A stretch of DNA of 64,000 nt from Octopus vulgaris (lineage: Eukaryota). The stretch is from NCBI GenBank assembly GCA_951406725.2, contig OX597814.1, forward strand, positions 52,700,001 to 52,764,000, in the 5' to 3' direction. The notes beneath the pieces were generated by a model that did no database searches, was not told where the DNA came from, and saw nothing but the letters and a program-made list of their open reading frames with translations. Both the position numbers and the translations under genes were made by a program. This document shows positions 53,513 through 64,000 of the stretch, piece by piece (the first letter of the stretch is position 1; every line of letters begins with the position of its first letter).

Positions 53513-54448
53513 ATGTTTCTTTATTAGCCACACAGGGCTGCACACAGACGGGACAGATTACAAAGTATAGCTTTTCTTTTTGGAGAGAAAAAAAAAGTGG
53601 CGTAGGTTTTCGAGCAAAAGGGAAAGAAAAAAAAAGAAAAAAAGCGATCAATAGGGCTCGTGTATCACGGAAATGTCATAATGTAAAGTGTAAAGGGGGA
53701 AGCAGATAAGGTTTATCCGTGGAAAGAAAAGCCTACTGAAAAGACCACAGTAACCTCGGTCAATAATGTTACATGTTACTACATTTGTTTGCAAGTAGGT
53801 AACCATGTTTTAAATTTTTCCGGGTTCATAGGATTATGTTCAAAGTGGCTTCGTCATTCATACGTGCCATCCTGGCTACATTCACCCTTCTTTTTTTGAA
53901 ACATTCACTAGACAAAACTTGCCTCTCTACTCTCACTTTCCTTTTCAAGGGATACTTGAAGAACTTGATGAGTGATTGACCAGAGAGGAAAGTGTTTGTC
54001 TCCAATCCTTTCAGACGCGTCCACCAGATACATTCTTTCGCCATAGCTACAAGAATTATGAAAATAGCTCTTCCTTCCCGTTTGAAGGAAGGAGGCGTGA
54101 CAATATTGATGATAGACTCGGCTGATAAATTGACGCGTCCCACACGTCACAGCAGTCGTTCGACATAAGCCCACAGGTTGGAAATTGTTGGACACTGCAC
54201 GAATGCGTGCAGAACGGTTTCGTCGCTCTGACCGCATCTCGGGCAGGTCGGCACCGTGTTTCTCGAGCCGTGTCTGTAGAGCTTATCTCGAACGGGTAGC
54301 GCTTCTCGGTAACACTGCCAGGCCAGGGATCTCTGGGAGTTGTCCATGGGCCCTGGCCCGAAAGTCGTCCTGAACAGGCGGGTCAGGTATTCCTCGTCGA
54401 CGTCCAGGTTCGCCCCGAGCTCGTCGTCGTACCTCCCCTCCGACACAT
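53513..54448 (-). mobile_element. L1/Tx1-type LINE 3' end
   Basis: zf-RVT-like WQCYREALPVRDKL..CPRCGQSDETVLHAFVQCP...W. AATAAA just before the 3' end, which abuts a TA/CA microsatellite. Confidence 0.8.
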
Positions 54449-55772
54449 TCTCATATATATTGCTATAAAAATATCTCTGGTTATTAAAGAAGGGTTTTGT
54501 TAGGGGAAATTTTCAGTTTAAATTTTTCTGTCGAAAACTCACCGTTTTGTCAATGGACCCGGAAGTTGTTCTCAAACAGCAGCAGTAATTTTCTTCAGTT
54601 GAATACACGTCATTGATTGGTTAAAATTACCCAAATACAACTTTATCACGAAATAACTTCTAAAATACAAAATTTTGTCGTAAACGTTAAGCGTAAACCC
54701 TGTGCTATGTGACATTCTACCAGTATCCGAAGTTTCAAAGTGTTTAGTTAAAAAAAAATTATTTAAAAAATCTGTGCATGAGATGGAACAGATCCCGGAA
54801 AAGTGTATGTTAGCAAAGTTTTTCCATCCCAGACAGAGAACAGATATATTATGCAGCTTTGACTTACGTGTGTGTGTGTGTACATATTAGTGGATTTCCT
54901 CAAATCGGAAATCTGGCTCAAATAAATGCTTACAACAAAGTAGACTCTATAGAGGAACAAGGGAATGGCGATGAACCTAGGCGACGGGTTAGGTCAATCA
55001 TGGCGGGATTTGAACTCAGAACGCAAGAACCGGAACAAATACTACAAAGTATACAGCCCAACCTTCTTACACTTCCGTCACACCACCGTCTTAGATTGTT
55101 ATTTTTATCGACCCTGAAAGTATGATAAGCAATATGTGCGTATTCCAGTCAAGTGGGTATCCTGATAACTTGTGATCAGTCAATAGAGTCCGAAGTATGG
55201 AAGGATAAATTATTTGCTCTTCCCACGCTTGTTATTGTCCATCAGATCGTCGTGGTCCCTTGGTCACAAAGATTAAATTTGGGTTTCTCTGAACGGTTTC
55301 TACGAGAAGGGATTGCTAGCTGTGGTACCCACCTTTTACCTAGATTAAGGATTCTCATTTGAAAGACTGACCAGGCAGAAGTCAGCTGATTCACACACAC
55401 ACACAGATGATGGGGAAATCACCCACCTCCGACTACTAGTTTTACATTTTGTTTTATCGATTCTGGAAAGATGAAAGGCGACAACGGTAATAAATAATGC
55501 AAGGAATTTGACTGAAGCTCCGACAAATTTACTGATAGTCTGTTTTTAAAGATTGTAAAATGCTTGGTGAAATATGAACGGATTCAAATAGCTATGATAT
55601 AAAATTAGGTAGATATTACTTTTCGATACAATGACTGAAAGAAAGAGTGGGGTGAGAAATGTTATTTATTCGATACCATCACAAACCTATATCAAATACT
55701 TGTTTTGTGTTTGAGCTTGAGATTAAGTGTGAGACAAACTTTCCGCGATAATTTCAAAGTAGTCAGCTGGTG

Positions 55773-55786
55773 GTAACTATAACAAC
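55773..55786 (+). promoter_or_regulatory. RFX X-box motif upstream of the ANKRD45-like gene
   Basis: GTAACTATAACAAC matches RTHNYYWTRRNRAC at every position, about 115 bp before the ATG. A YY1-like AATATGGCG follows at about 55794. Confidence 0.6.
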
Positions 55787-55900
55787 GACTAACAATATGG
55801 CGTCACGACAGTCGGAAACTTCGTCCAATGAGTTCTTTTTCTAAATTATTTTCTTGTTCATCTCATTCCTCAAACAACAAAGTCAAGATTTATCGCAACA

Positions 55901-56192
55901 ATGATGAAAAAAATAACTGAAGATGTGGAAGTGACAGAAGAAGTCAGTACTTCAGAAATCTATGTTAGCCCAGACGAAACTCCTATCACCCATTGTATTC
56001 TACATAACAGCGTTAAAATTCTGGTCGATACGTTAAACGATGAAGAAAATGAAATGTTAGTGCCTCCGTTATTGAACGAACGCAATGCTACGGGTAAATC
56101 ACCGTTGGAGTTGTGCGCTATTCTGGGACGAACTGACATCATGAGAGAGTTGTTGTCAAAGGGAGCGGACGTCAACCTAGCCAACTGTGAAG
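55901..56192 (+). CDS. ANKRD45: Ankyrin repeat domain-containing protein 45-like, coding exon 1
   Basis: ORF ...LLNERNATGKSPLELCAILGRTDIMRELLSKGADVNLANCE is an ankyrin repeat. GTATCA donor at 56193, phase 1. Confidence 0.85.
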
Positions 56193-58322
56193 GTATCAGA
56201 TTTCTTAGTTCACCTCTGAAGTTCATGTCCCATACACCACACAGACGTACTTTACCATACTTCATTCTACCTCCACGACAGCTTTATTTGAAACAATTAC
56301 ATTTACAAAATCTTTTTTTTTTAAACATTAAAATGAAAGGGTTGGAAAGTCAGCTTATGATTCGTGAATTCAAATTTATTATTGACGTTTATATTTATTG
56401 ATTCAGTTTCTGTATTAAGTTAAGGTAACTGTGGAGAATAGGTGCTCGTTAATTTTTCTGTGAAGCTACTTACTAGCAACCTACCCAGGTAGTAACTAGT
56501 TTTTCACCCACTTAACACAAGGAAGGAATGCAATAGGTCTATCAATCCTACTGACATACGTTTTCTAATGGTCAGCTACTCAACTCAAGAATCTGTGGTT
56601 CCAAATCTCATCAGATGTTCAGTTATTTTTTAAAAAAAGAGTATATATATTAAGGTTCTAGTTACTACTCCAAGTATCATCTCATTAACTTGTAAGATAT
56701 AGAGTTGAGGCAAACAAGCTGAATCAGTGAGCCTATTAAAATTCTCTCTTGTACCTATTTTTATTCATTTACATTACAACGATGTAATTGAGAGATATAC
56801 TGACTTATATCCGCCTTCTTTCCTTCTCCTATGATATGAAGCCTTGAGTCTAGTCAAAAGAAATCAGTGGAAAAGAAAGACTATATCTTAGTAAATTTTC
56901 ATTGAGTATTTGAAAAGTCATAAATTAATAAGGGAAATTCAATCATTAACATGTCATAAATTTTTAAAAGGCAGTGGATAGTTGATATGTTACAGTATCT
57001 TAAAAGCTTTGTAGTAATTATTTGCACCCACTTTACATTCTTTATATACAGCCCTTTTACAGTCCTGCTGGGAGTTGAATTCGACTTCTGTTCTCCTAAG
57101 ATCTATATATGATGAAGTCCTAATGTAAGAAATCATTTCTTTATAAATGTCTCTAAAATAGTGCCATATGATATTAATTTTGTCTTTAGTGCAGTGAGTT
57201 GGCAGAATTACTAGTACTCTTGGCAAAATGCTTAGTGGTATTTCATCCACCTGCATGTTCTGAGTTCTCATCTTTTCAGGGTTGATAAAATAAGTACTAG
57301 TTGAGCATTGGGGTTGATGTATCCAACAAAGCCCCTACCTTGAAGTTACCGGCCTTGTGCCAAAATTAGAAACCAATATTAATTTTGTCTTTCAGGTAAG
57401 ACACAAAGTATTCTTTTTGAATTATTTAGTAACTGATGTAGACATCATTTTCCTGTAAGCACAACTGTTACAGCAATCTCTTTTCTTGATAACAATCTAT
57501 CAGTTATCATTCATTGATTAAGCTGATACAAATTGCATGTATGGTATTGATAGTTTTTTAGAGTCCCAGGTCAATCTCACAACAATTCCAGCTATGACTA
57601 CTTTGTCTTTTTTAAGGCATAATGTGTTTTTTCCTATTTTTAAAGACACATTGCAGGTCAAGCGAGAGGAACTATATAGTTGCGCCTGCATCAGTGAGAC
57701 ATCTCAGTGTTGGTAATTCAATCCTGGAGTCTTCAGTTTGATTCTTGTCTTAATTTTATAACCTAACATTGATTTCCAAGCATTCACTCACATAAGGCTT
57801 CACATTTACAAGTAAGGATTAGATTTGATGAATTCGTTCCACTACTTCATTTGCTCACACAACAGTGAGGATGAAAGTCAAAGTCAATGCTAACAGGACT
57901 TCAACATGAAACATAAAGGGACATAACTAAATACGGCATAACATTTCTGCCAATCCAATGCCAGTTATAGATCAAACATTGAAGAGTGATAGCCTTGAAA
58001 TATCACAGTGTGTTTGTATTTGTGTGAAGTATAGTGCAGTGTTATGTAGTAATGTCTGATACAGTGCAAGATACTGGAATGGTTCATTTTTCTTTTTTTT
58101 TCTTTCAAGTAGACGTTTGTTCTGTCACAAGCTTGAAATTATTATATTTCATATGAATATTTATTTCCCATATTGATTGGCACAAAGTTATAAATTTATA
58201 TTTTCTTACAATAACCAGAAAACTCTGAAGCAATGGTAATGCTCAGCTATATATACAAAAACACATCAAAGAACATATGGCAACTTTGGGTATATATCAT
58301 AATGGTTGTGATGTTGTAACTG

Positions 58323-58411
<89 letters not shown>

Positions 58412-58439
58412 AACGCACACATCACTCAGCAAGACCTTA

Positions 58440-59090
58440 GTCAGCTGCTCTCCAGCTATCTATTTAAGGCTGTATATGGTTATGATGTGATCACACTTGT
58501 AATTTGCATCAACAGTCTGGAACCCCTATCTTGCTCAAAACATCCTGGAAACTGTTCAGAGATGTACAACCAAATGAATACCCTCCACCAGGCATCTACC
58601 ACACTCTGAATACCTTGCTTCACTGGGCATCGATACATTGAAGCTCTGATGTCTGGGAACTGACTTAGTAAAGAACCACAAAATTATTAACCATTGTGCC
58701 AACAACAACCTTGAGCACCTTTTTGAATTCCATGTGTCTGACACACATGGGTGTGCCTACAACGTCAGAAAACAGCACAGCTCCTATGACTTTTGGAAAC
58801 ATTTATTCCCACTCAGAGTTGCTGAAGCATGGAACAAACTACCTGCATCAGTTGTTGGCTGCCGAGACAATGCAGCCTTTAAAACTTCTATGCGTCCTGA
58901 AATTTGCCAACACTATACCTGATATCCCCCCATCTCCACATTCATGCACACATGTATATCATGACTCATATATTTCACTTTCCTGATATTTGTACATAAT
59001 TTTATGTGCTATACATGACACTTTGATAAATTGTAGTGCACCTGAGCACTATACACAATAATTTCATTATTATTAATATTATTATTATTA
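58440..59090 (+). mobile_element. CR1-group LINE 3' fragment
   Basis: THG.AYNVRKQHSS.DF.KHLF.LRVAEAWNKLPASVV....AAFK is the C-terminal CR1-type ORF2 motif. (ATT)n tail. Confidence 0.8.
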
Positions 59091-59512
59091 TGTAGATTGA
59101 AAACCTATAAGATAATAATAACCTTTGCATTTTATCCACTAGGTCATTTTTAGGTCAGTCTGACATTGCAAGTATGTTGTTTTGACTGTGTAATCTACAT
59201 TAGTCTCCATTTCCTACTACTCTTAACCGTGCAATGAAGGCATTTCTGAGTACCCACTAAAGTATTCTGTAAATGCCCCAGCACACAAACACTTAATTAA
59301 AACTTGTTAAAAAGTGTAGTTGTATTGTAAGTAATTATTGTGTGTTCTGCAGTTGCTATTTGGAGCTATTTAAAGGTCAATAAACTAATGAAGGACTGAT
59401 CAACCATTAATACATAGATATGATTTTGAATAGTCAAATGCTTGTCTCTGCTTATGTACAAGAGCAAAGGATAAATAAATATTTATCTTTCACCCTTTAT
59501 TTCTATTTTTAG

Positions 59513-59680
59513 GGTACACTCCTGCTCATTATGCATCTGCCTGGGGTCAAGTTGCTGTTCTCAAAATCCTGACAGAGTTTGGTGCTGATCTTACAATAAC
59601 TAATATCCGTAGTGAAAGCCCAAAGGATATAGCCCAACGTTATGGAAAAGTTGAATGCATTGACTTCATTGACTGGGCTT
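59513..59680 (+). CDS. ANKRD45: ANKRD45-like, coding exon 2
   Basis: TTTTAG acceptor. Reads (G)YTPAHYASAWGQVAVLKILTEFGADLTITNIRSESPKDIAQRYGKVECIDFIDWA, resembling the ANKRD45 'GYT..H.A.AWG...A.RY...EC..F.DWA' segment as I recall it. GTAAGA donor. Confidence 0.9.
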
Positions 59681-61665
59681 GTAAGAAATCCTGTAGTTTT
59701 TCATATAAATTCTATGGGTTTTAATATAGGGGCTTCTTCTAGAACTTTAGAATGAATGTTTAAAAGTGTGTTTGTTTTATGTTTATCTATGCATGCATAT
59801 GTACATGTATGTATGTTTATATGTGCATATATATACAAGTGTACTCTTATCATAGTATGTAAGGTAAAGAGAGTGAATAAATATATGAGAGAGGGGGAAG
59901 AGAAAGTGGGAGAGAGAGAGAGAGAGAACGATGCTAATTCTAATGAAGCTAGCTGTAATAATTATTTCATTGTTGTTAACTTTTCATTCCTACAGGGATT
60001 GTATAGTACTGTATAATTTCAGATGCTAACATAAATTGTTATAAGATGATAAGGTGATATTGATATTAAGTATATCAGTGTTTTTTTCTTTCTTTTTTTT
60101 TTTTTTATGAAAGATTTCAGTTAAAATGGTGCAGCTAACGCTTGCTTTCATATTTAACCATTAAACAATTACATGACATATTGGTTTCAAATTTTGACAT
60201 AAGACCTGCAATTTAGGGGAGGGGGTAAGCTGATTATATTTACCCCAGTGATTGATTGATACTTATTTTATTGACCTTGAAAGGATGAAAGGCAAAGTCA
60301 ACCATGGCGGAATTTGAACTCAGAACGTAAAGACATGAAATGCTGCTAAGCATTTTGCCCCATGTAGTAACCGCTCTGCCAGCTCACTGCCTTATAACAT
60401 GACATACTAATACTCATTACCTATACTTGATTTAATATGACAATAATGGTGACTTTCAGGCCATTGAGGGAGCCTCTACACAGTCACTTAGCCTCTTCTA
60501 GAAATAGTAAGCAGATATTTCTTAGATCATGCCCAGTAAATACTGTATCAAATTCTAGGACCCATATAGCTGTATCCAGTTTCCATGGTGCATAAGTGAC
60601 CAAGATCACAACATTCCCTATGAATAGGATACCAGTCCATCATAGGGTTACTCATTTACAGCTGAGTGAACTGGAGTAATAGGAAATGAAGTGTTTTACT
60701 CAAGAACACAATGCACCACCCAATCTGGGAACCAAAATCTCACACTTTGTGATTGTGTGCAACACCATGAGACAATAGGCCACATACTTTCTTAAATCAC
60801 AGCCTATTTTAGAAAATAAATGCACATTGGATAATGTAATATGGAGTGGACTGGACAAACACAAGGTAGTTATTGCTGGAATGCATTTGATCATAAGTCT
60901 GCCCACACAGGATTAACCTGGGGCTAAACAACAAGATGGAAGCCTCTGTTTGGTTGCTTTAGTTGCTAGTTATAATGGACAGATCTTCTTCAAACCATGC
61001 TATAGAAAGACCATCATAACCATCATTGTTGCCATTGTAACATGACCTGGAGATTATTGGGACAATACACTGTTCTGACTTAATAGCATTTTTCTGTGCC
61101 CTCATTCAAAGGAATTGATGGCCACTGTAGTTGTGAATCTACTCCATATCTAATTTGATAGGATAAAAATGGTAAAATTGCTATTTGTATTCATCTTAGT
61201 TTGAAAATGTCTAGAGAGCATTAATTAATTGAAAGCACCCTCACTGCTTGGCAAAGCTTTGCACACCTCAGCAAATTTATTATTTACTGTTTACACATAA
61301 GAATGGCAGTTTTTAGTGGGCTATGAATGACAGATTCTGTGTCTGCAGCTAACAATGCAAAAACACATGTTATTTCATTCAAAGCTCAGCTTGGTGTTTT
61401 TACACACATTATTTATATGGAAATTATCTCTTCTAAGTCAGTCAACAGAGCAAAAGTTTTTCTGTTTTTGAGTGTACACGAACATGTTTAATATAAATGT
61501 GCATAGCTTTATTTTAATCATATCACTGCTGTATGTATCTTTAATTAAATAGGATTTATGTTTGTATGAGTTAATTTTGTTTCTGAAGTAGGTTTGCTGA
61601 TTTGTAAAGTAAATATATTTCACTGTTGAAAATAAGTAATTGTAATTTAATGTTCTTGTTTTTAG

Positions 61666-61751
61666 TTGCCAAAGAAAGTCTTTTGGCCAGAATAAAAGCT
61701 ATACAAGATGTACTTATTGAACCAGAGAAAAAACCCTCTAGGGAAGAAAAG
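61666..61751 (+). CDS. ANKRD45: ANKRD45-like, coding exon 3 (gene continues beyond the window)
   Basis: TTTTAG acceptor. Reads (F)AKESLLARIKAIQDVLIEPEKKPSREEK. GTAAGA donor. Phases 1/0 are consistent. Confidence 0.85.
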
Positions 61752-61800
61752 GTAAGACAGAAGCAAAATATTTAAATATCCTTAGATTAGGTTTGAATGA

Positions 61801-62995
61801 CACAGTTCTATATCTAAGAGATGAGGAATTATGTACATTATTTGCATTTTTTACATTTGACAGATGTTGTTTGTTGTTAACACAATGTTTTGGCTGATAT
61901 ACTCTCTAGCCTTTGGGTTCTCATTCCTAAGGTATTTTCGATATTATTATTATTATTATTATTATTAGTCACTGCCTGAAATCGGATTCGGAATCTTGGG
62001 GTTAGTAGTACGTGTTCTTAACCACTATGCCATATGCCTGTGGGTAATTATGGAGTGAATTTTAGGGCTTATAAATCTATTTTTCTATCCTTCCTTAATA
62101 CCAGTTACCATATGATACTCATATCTGCACTCGGTCTGCTTAGGAGGTTGTTGTGTCCTAGCATATGTGCTGCTTCTTTTAGTTTTCATATTTTCCAGTG
62201 GTGTTCTCTGTCTATTATTTTAACTTCATCCTACAGGGGGAGGTGGTCTCCATTTTTCCATACATGATCAACTATACTCGATTTATCAATATCTCCTCAT
62301 GTCACAGCTTTGTGATGTTCCTCTACTCTTATTTTGAGTGGGGTGGCATGTTTTGCCCTTGTATAACCTACCATGGCTGCATGGGATGGAGTACTCACAA
62401 TTTTTGGTCATATTCTCTTCTAATGGTGGTTTTACCCGAGGGAGATATTTGCAAAGTGTTGTATTACTCTTGAATACTGTCCTGATGTCATATGGGTCAC
62501 ATATCTTGAATCTTTTCAGAGAGGCCTTTCACATAGGGTAGACAGACTGTAGACAGTTTATTGGTTTCATCCCCTCTTTTCTTCATAATTGGTGTTGATA
62601 GTATGTTTTGGGGTAGTTGTTGCTTAGTAGATTGTTACTGAGCTTGATCATTTCTTCGTGGTGGGTATCATGATCACTGCTTGTATTCTTTACATTATTT
62701 ACATTTGACAAGTATTTGTCCTCATCTTGTTTGTTAACACAACGTTTTAGCTGATATACCCTCCAGCCTTCGTCAAGTGTCTTGGGGAAATTTCGAACTT
62801 GGGTTCTCATTCATAAGGTTTTTTTTTTATCTTCTTCTTCTTCTTCTTATTATTCAGGTCACTGCTTGGAATCGAACTTGGAATCTTAGGGTGAGTAGCC
62901 CACATTCTTAACCACTACGCCATATGCCCATGGGCGTAGTGGTTAAGAGTGCAGCCTACTAACCCCAAGATTCTGAGTTTTATTCCAGGCAGTGA

Positions 62996-63037
<42 letters not shown>

Positions 63038-63325
63038 CATCGGAAAAAAAAATACCTTTGGAATGAGAATCCAGGTTCAAAATTTCCCCAAGACACCTGA
63101 TGAAGGCTGGAGGGTATATCAGCCAAAATGTTGTGTTAACAACAAACAAGATGAGGATAAATACATCAACAACAACAACAACAACATTGAAAATACCTTG
63201 GGAATGAGAACCCAGGTTCAAAATTTCCCCAAGACACCTGATGAAGGCTTGAGGGTATATCAGCCAAAACATCGTGTTAACAACAAACAAGATGAGGACA
63301 AATATCTGTCAAATGTAAATAATGC
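61801..63325 (-). mobile_element. Penelope-like retroelement: decayed GIY-YIG ORF end between pseudo-LTRs, plus inverted upstream pLTR copies
   Basis: Minus strand about 62680-62070 reads, across frameshifts and stops, LPYVKGLSEKI..IRTVFK..NCEYSIPCSHGRLYKGKT..LKIRVEEH..SSIVDHVW..EVKIIDRE..KLKEAAHM. Direct pLTRs at about 61801-62045 and 62690-62930. Inverted copies at 62932-63325. Confidence 0.88.
63092..63278 (+). ncRNA. Two tandem hammerhead motifs (63092-63137, 63233-63278), 141-nt period
   Basis: GACAC-CTGATGA-AGGCT..CAGCC-AAAA(T/C).. in both. G12 has decayed to A, consistent with CpG deamination. Further decayed copies at 62736-62781 (-) and 46247-46292 (+). Confidence 0.7.
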
Positions 63326-63549
63326 AACTAATGTAGTATAGGATGTTACCCAGGGACTCAACTAACAGTCCACTACATCTTATAACAGAAACAGCTGTAA
63401 GCTAATGAAGTTCATTACATAACCTTTGTTTTTTTCCAGCATCATCATTTTTTCCTATTACCACTCTATACTCATCTAACATTGTGTTCTGGACCATATG
63501 TATATTGAGGTCTCACTATGCCTAAGTGAAATATTAAGATAATATAATA

Positions 63550-63591
<42 letters not shown>

Positions 63592-64000
63592 TCATATTTA
63601 CATGCACAATAAATCTCAGTGATTCTTACCAAGTTATTCACTTAGAATGCAATAAGTTAGTTTTGGTCTTAATTATTACAGCCATATCAACATATTTTCT
63701 GCAAAATAAATTTTAAAAACCAAGCAAGATTGTAAAACCAAAGTTAAAAGAAATACTCAGTGATAGAATTTTTAATGATTCCAATTTAATTTACCAATTG
63801 TTGACTCCTTGAACAAGGAAACTCTACAGCCTCTTTGTTTATGCAGTCTCATGGTTCTTAGTTTAAATTTTGTTAGACTTAATCTTTTATATTCATTATC
63901 AATGAACTGAATACCTTAATTTTATTGAAAGTAAAGATTGATATAACTATACGGTGTCACCTCCTATGCTGGGGTATTATTGAATGAAGAACATTTGGTT

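Noticed and set aside
56193-56401. C-terminal part of the 166-aa ORF
   Set aside because: It is read-through into intron 1. Ankyrin similarity resumes in frame at 59513.
62949-63341. 130-aa ORF with poly-Asn and an internal repeat (also 46197-46445 and 62583-62810)
   Set aside because: It is an incidental frame through (AAT)n and the tandem hammerhead units.

Overview
AT-rich, microsatellite- and transposon-dense animal genomic DNA. The repeat landscape (tRNA-derived CORE- and Meta-type SINEs, RTE and Penelope families) suggests a coleoid cephalopod such as Octopus; this is inference. Two spliced genes can be rebuilt by hand on the + strand. (1) A complete 4-exon, 143-aa universal stress protein (USP/UspA family) gene: 4814-4877, 39070-39147, 41588-41682, 43986-44180, with a 34.2-kb first intron. 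(2) The first three coding exons of an ANKRD45-like ankyrin-repeat gene: 55901-56192, 59513-59680, 61666-61751, continuing past the window, with an RFX X-box upstream. The rest is mostly mobile-element debris: mariner, pogo, Tigger, Merlin- and piggyBac-like MITEs, Helitrons, CRE-, RTE-, CR1- and L1/Tx1-type LINEs, SINEs and Penelope-like elements. The most unusual signal is a Penelope-like family whose terminal repeat joins a tRNA-like (Pol III A/B box) module to a minimal hammerhead ribozyme, and both insertions here fold back at the tRNA 5' end. Several unrelated short repeats also carry decayed hammerhead-like motifs, one of them in the putative USP 3' UTR. All calls come from reading the sequence by eye, and repeat boundaries are approximate unless a TSD or TIR is quoted.
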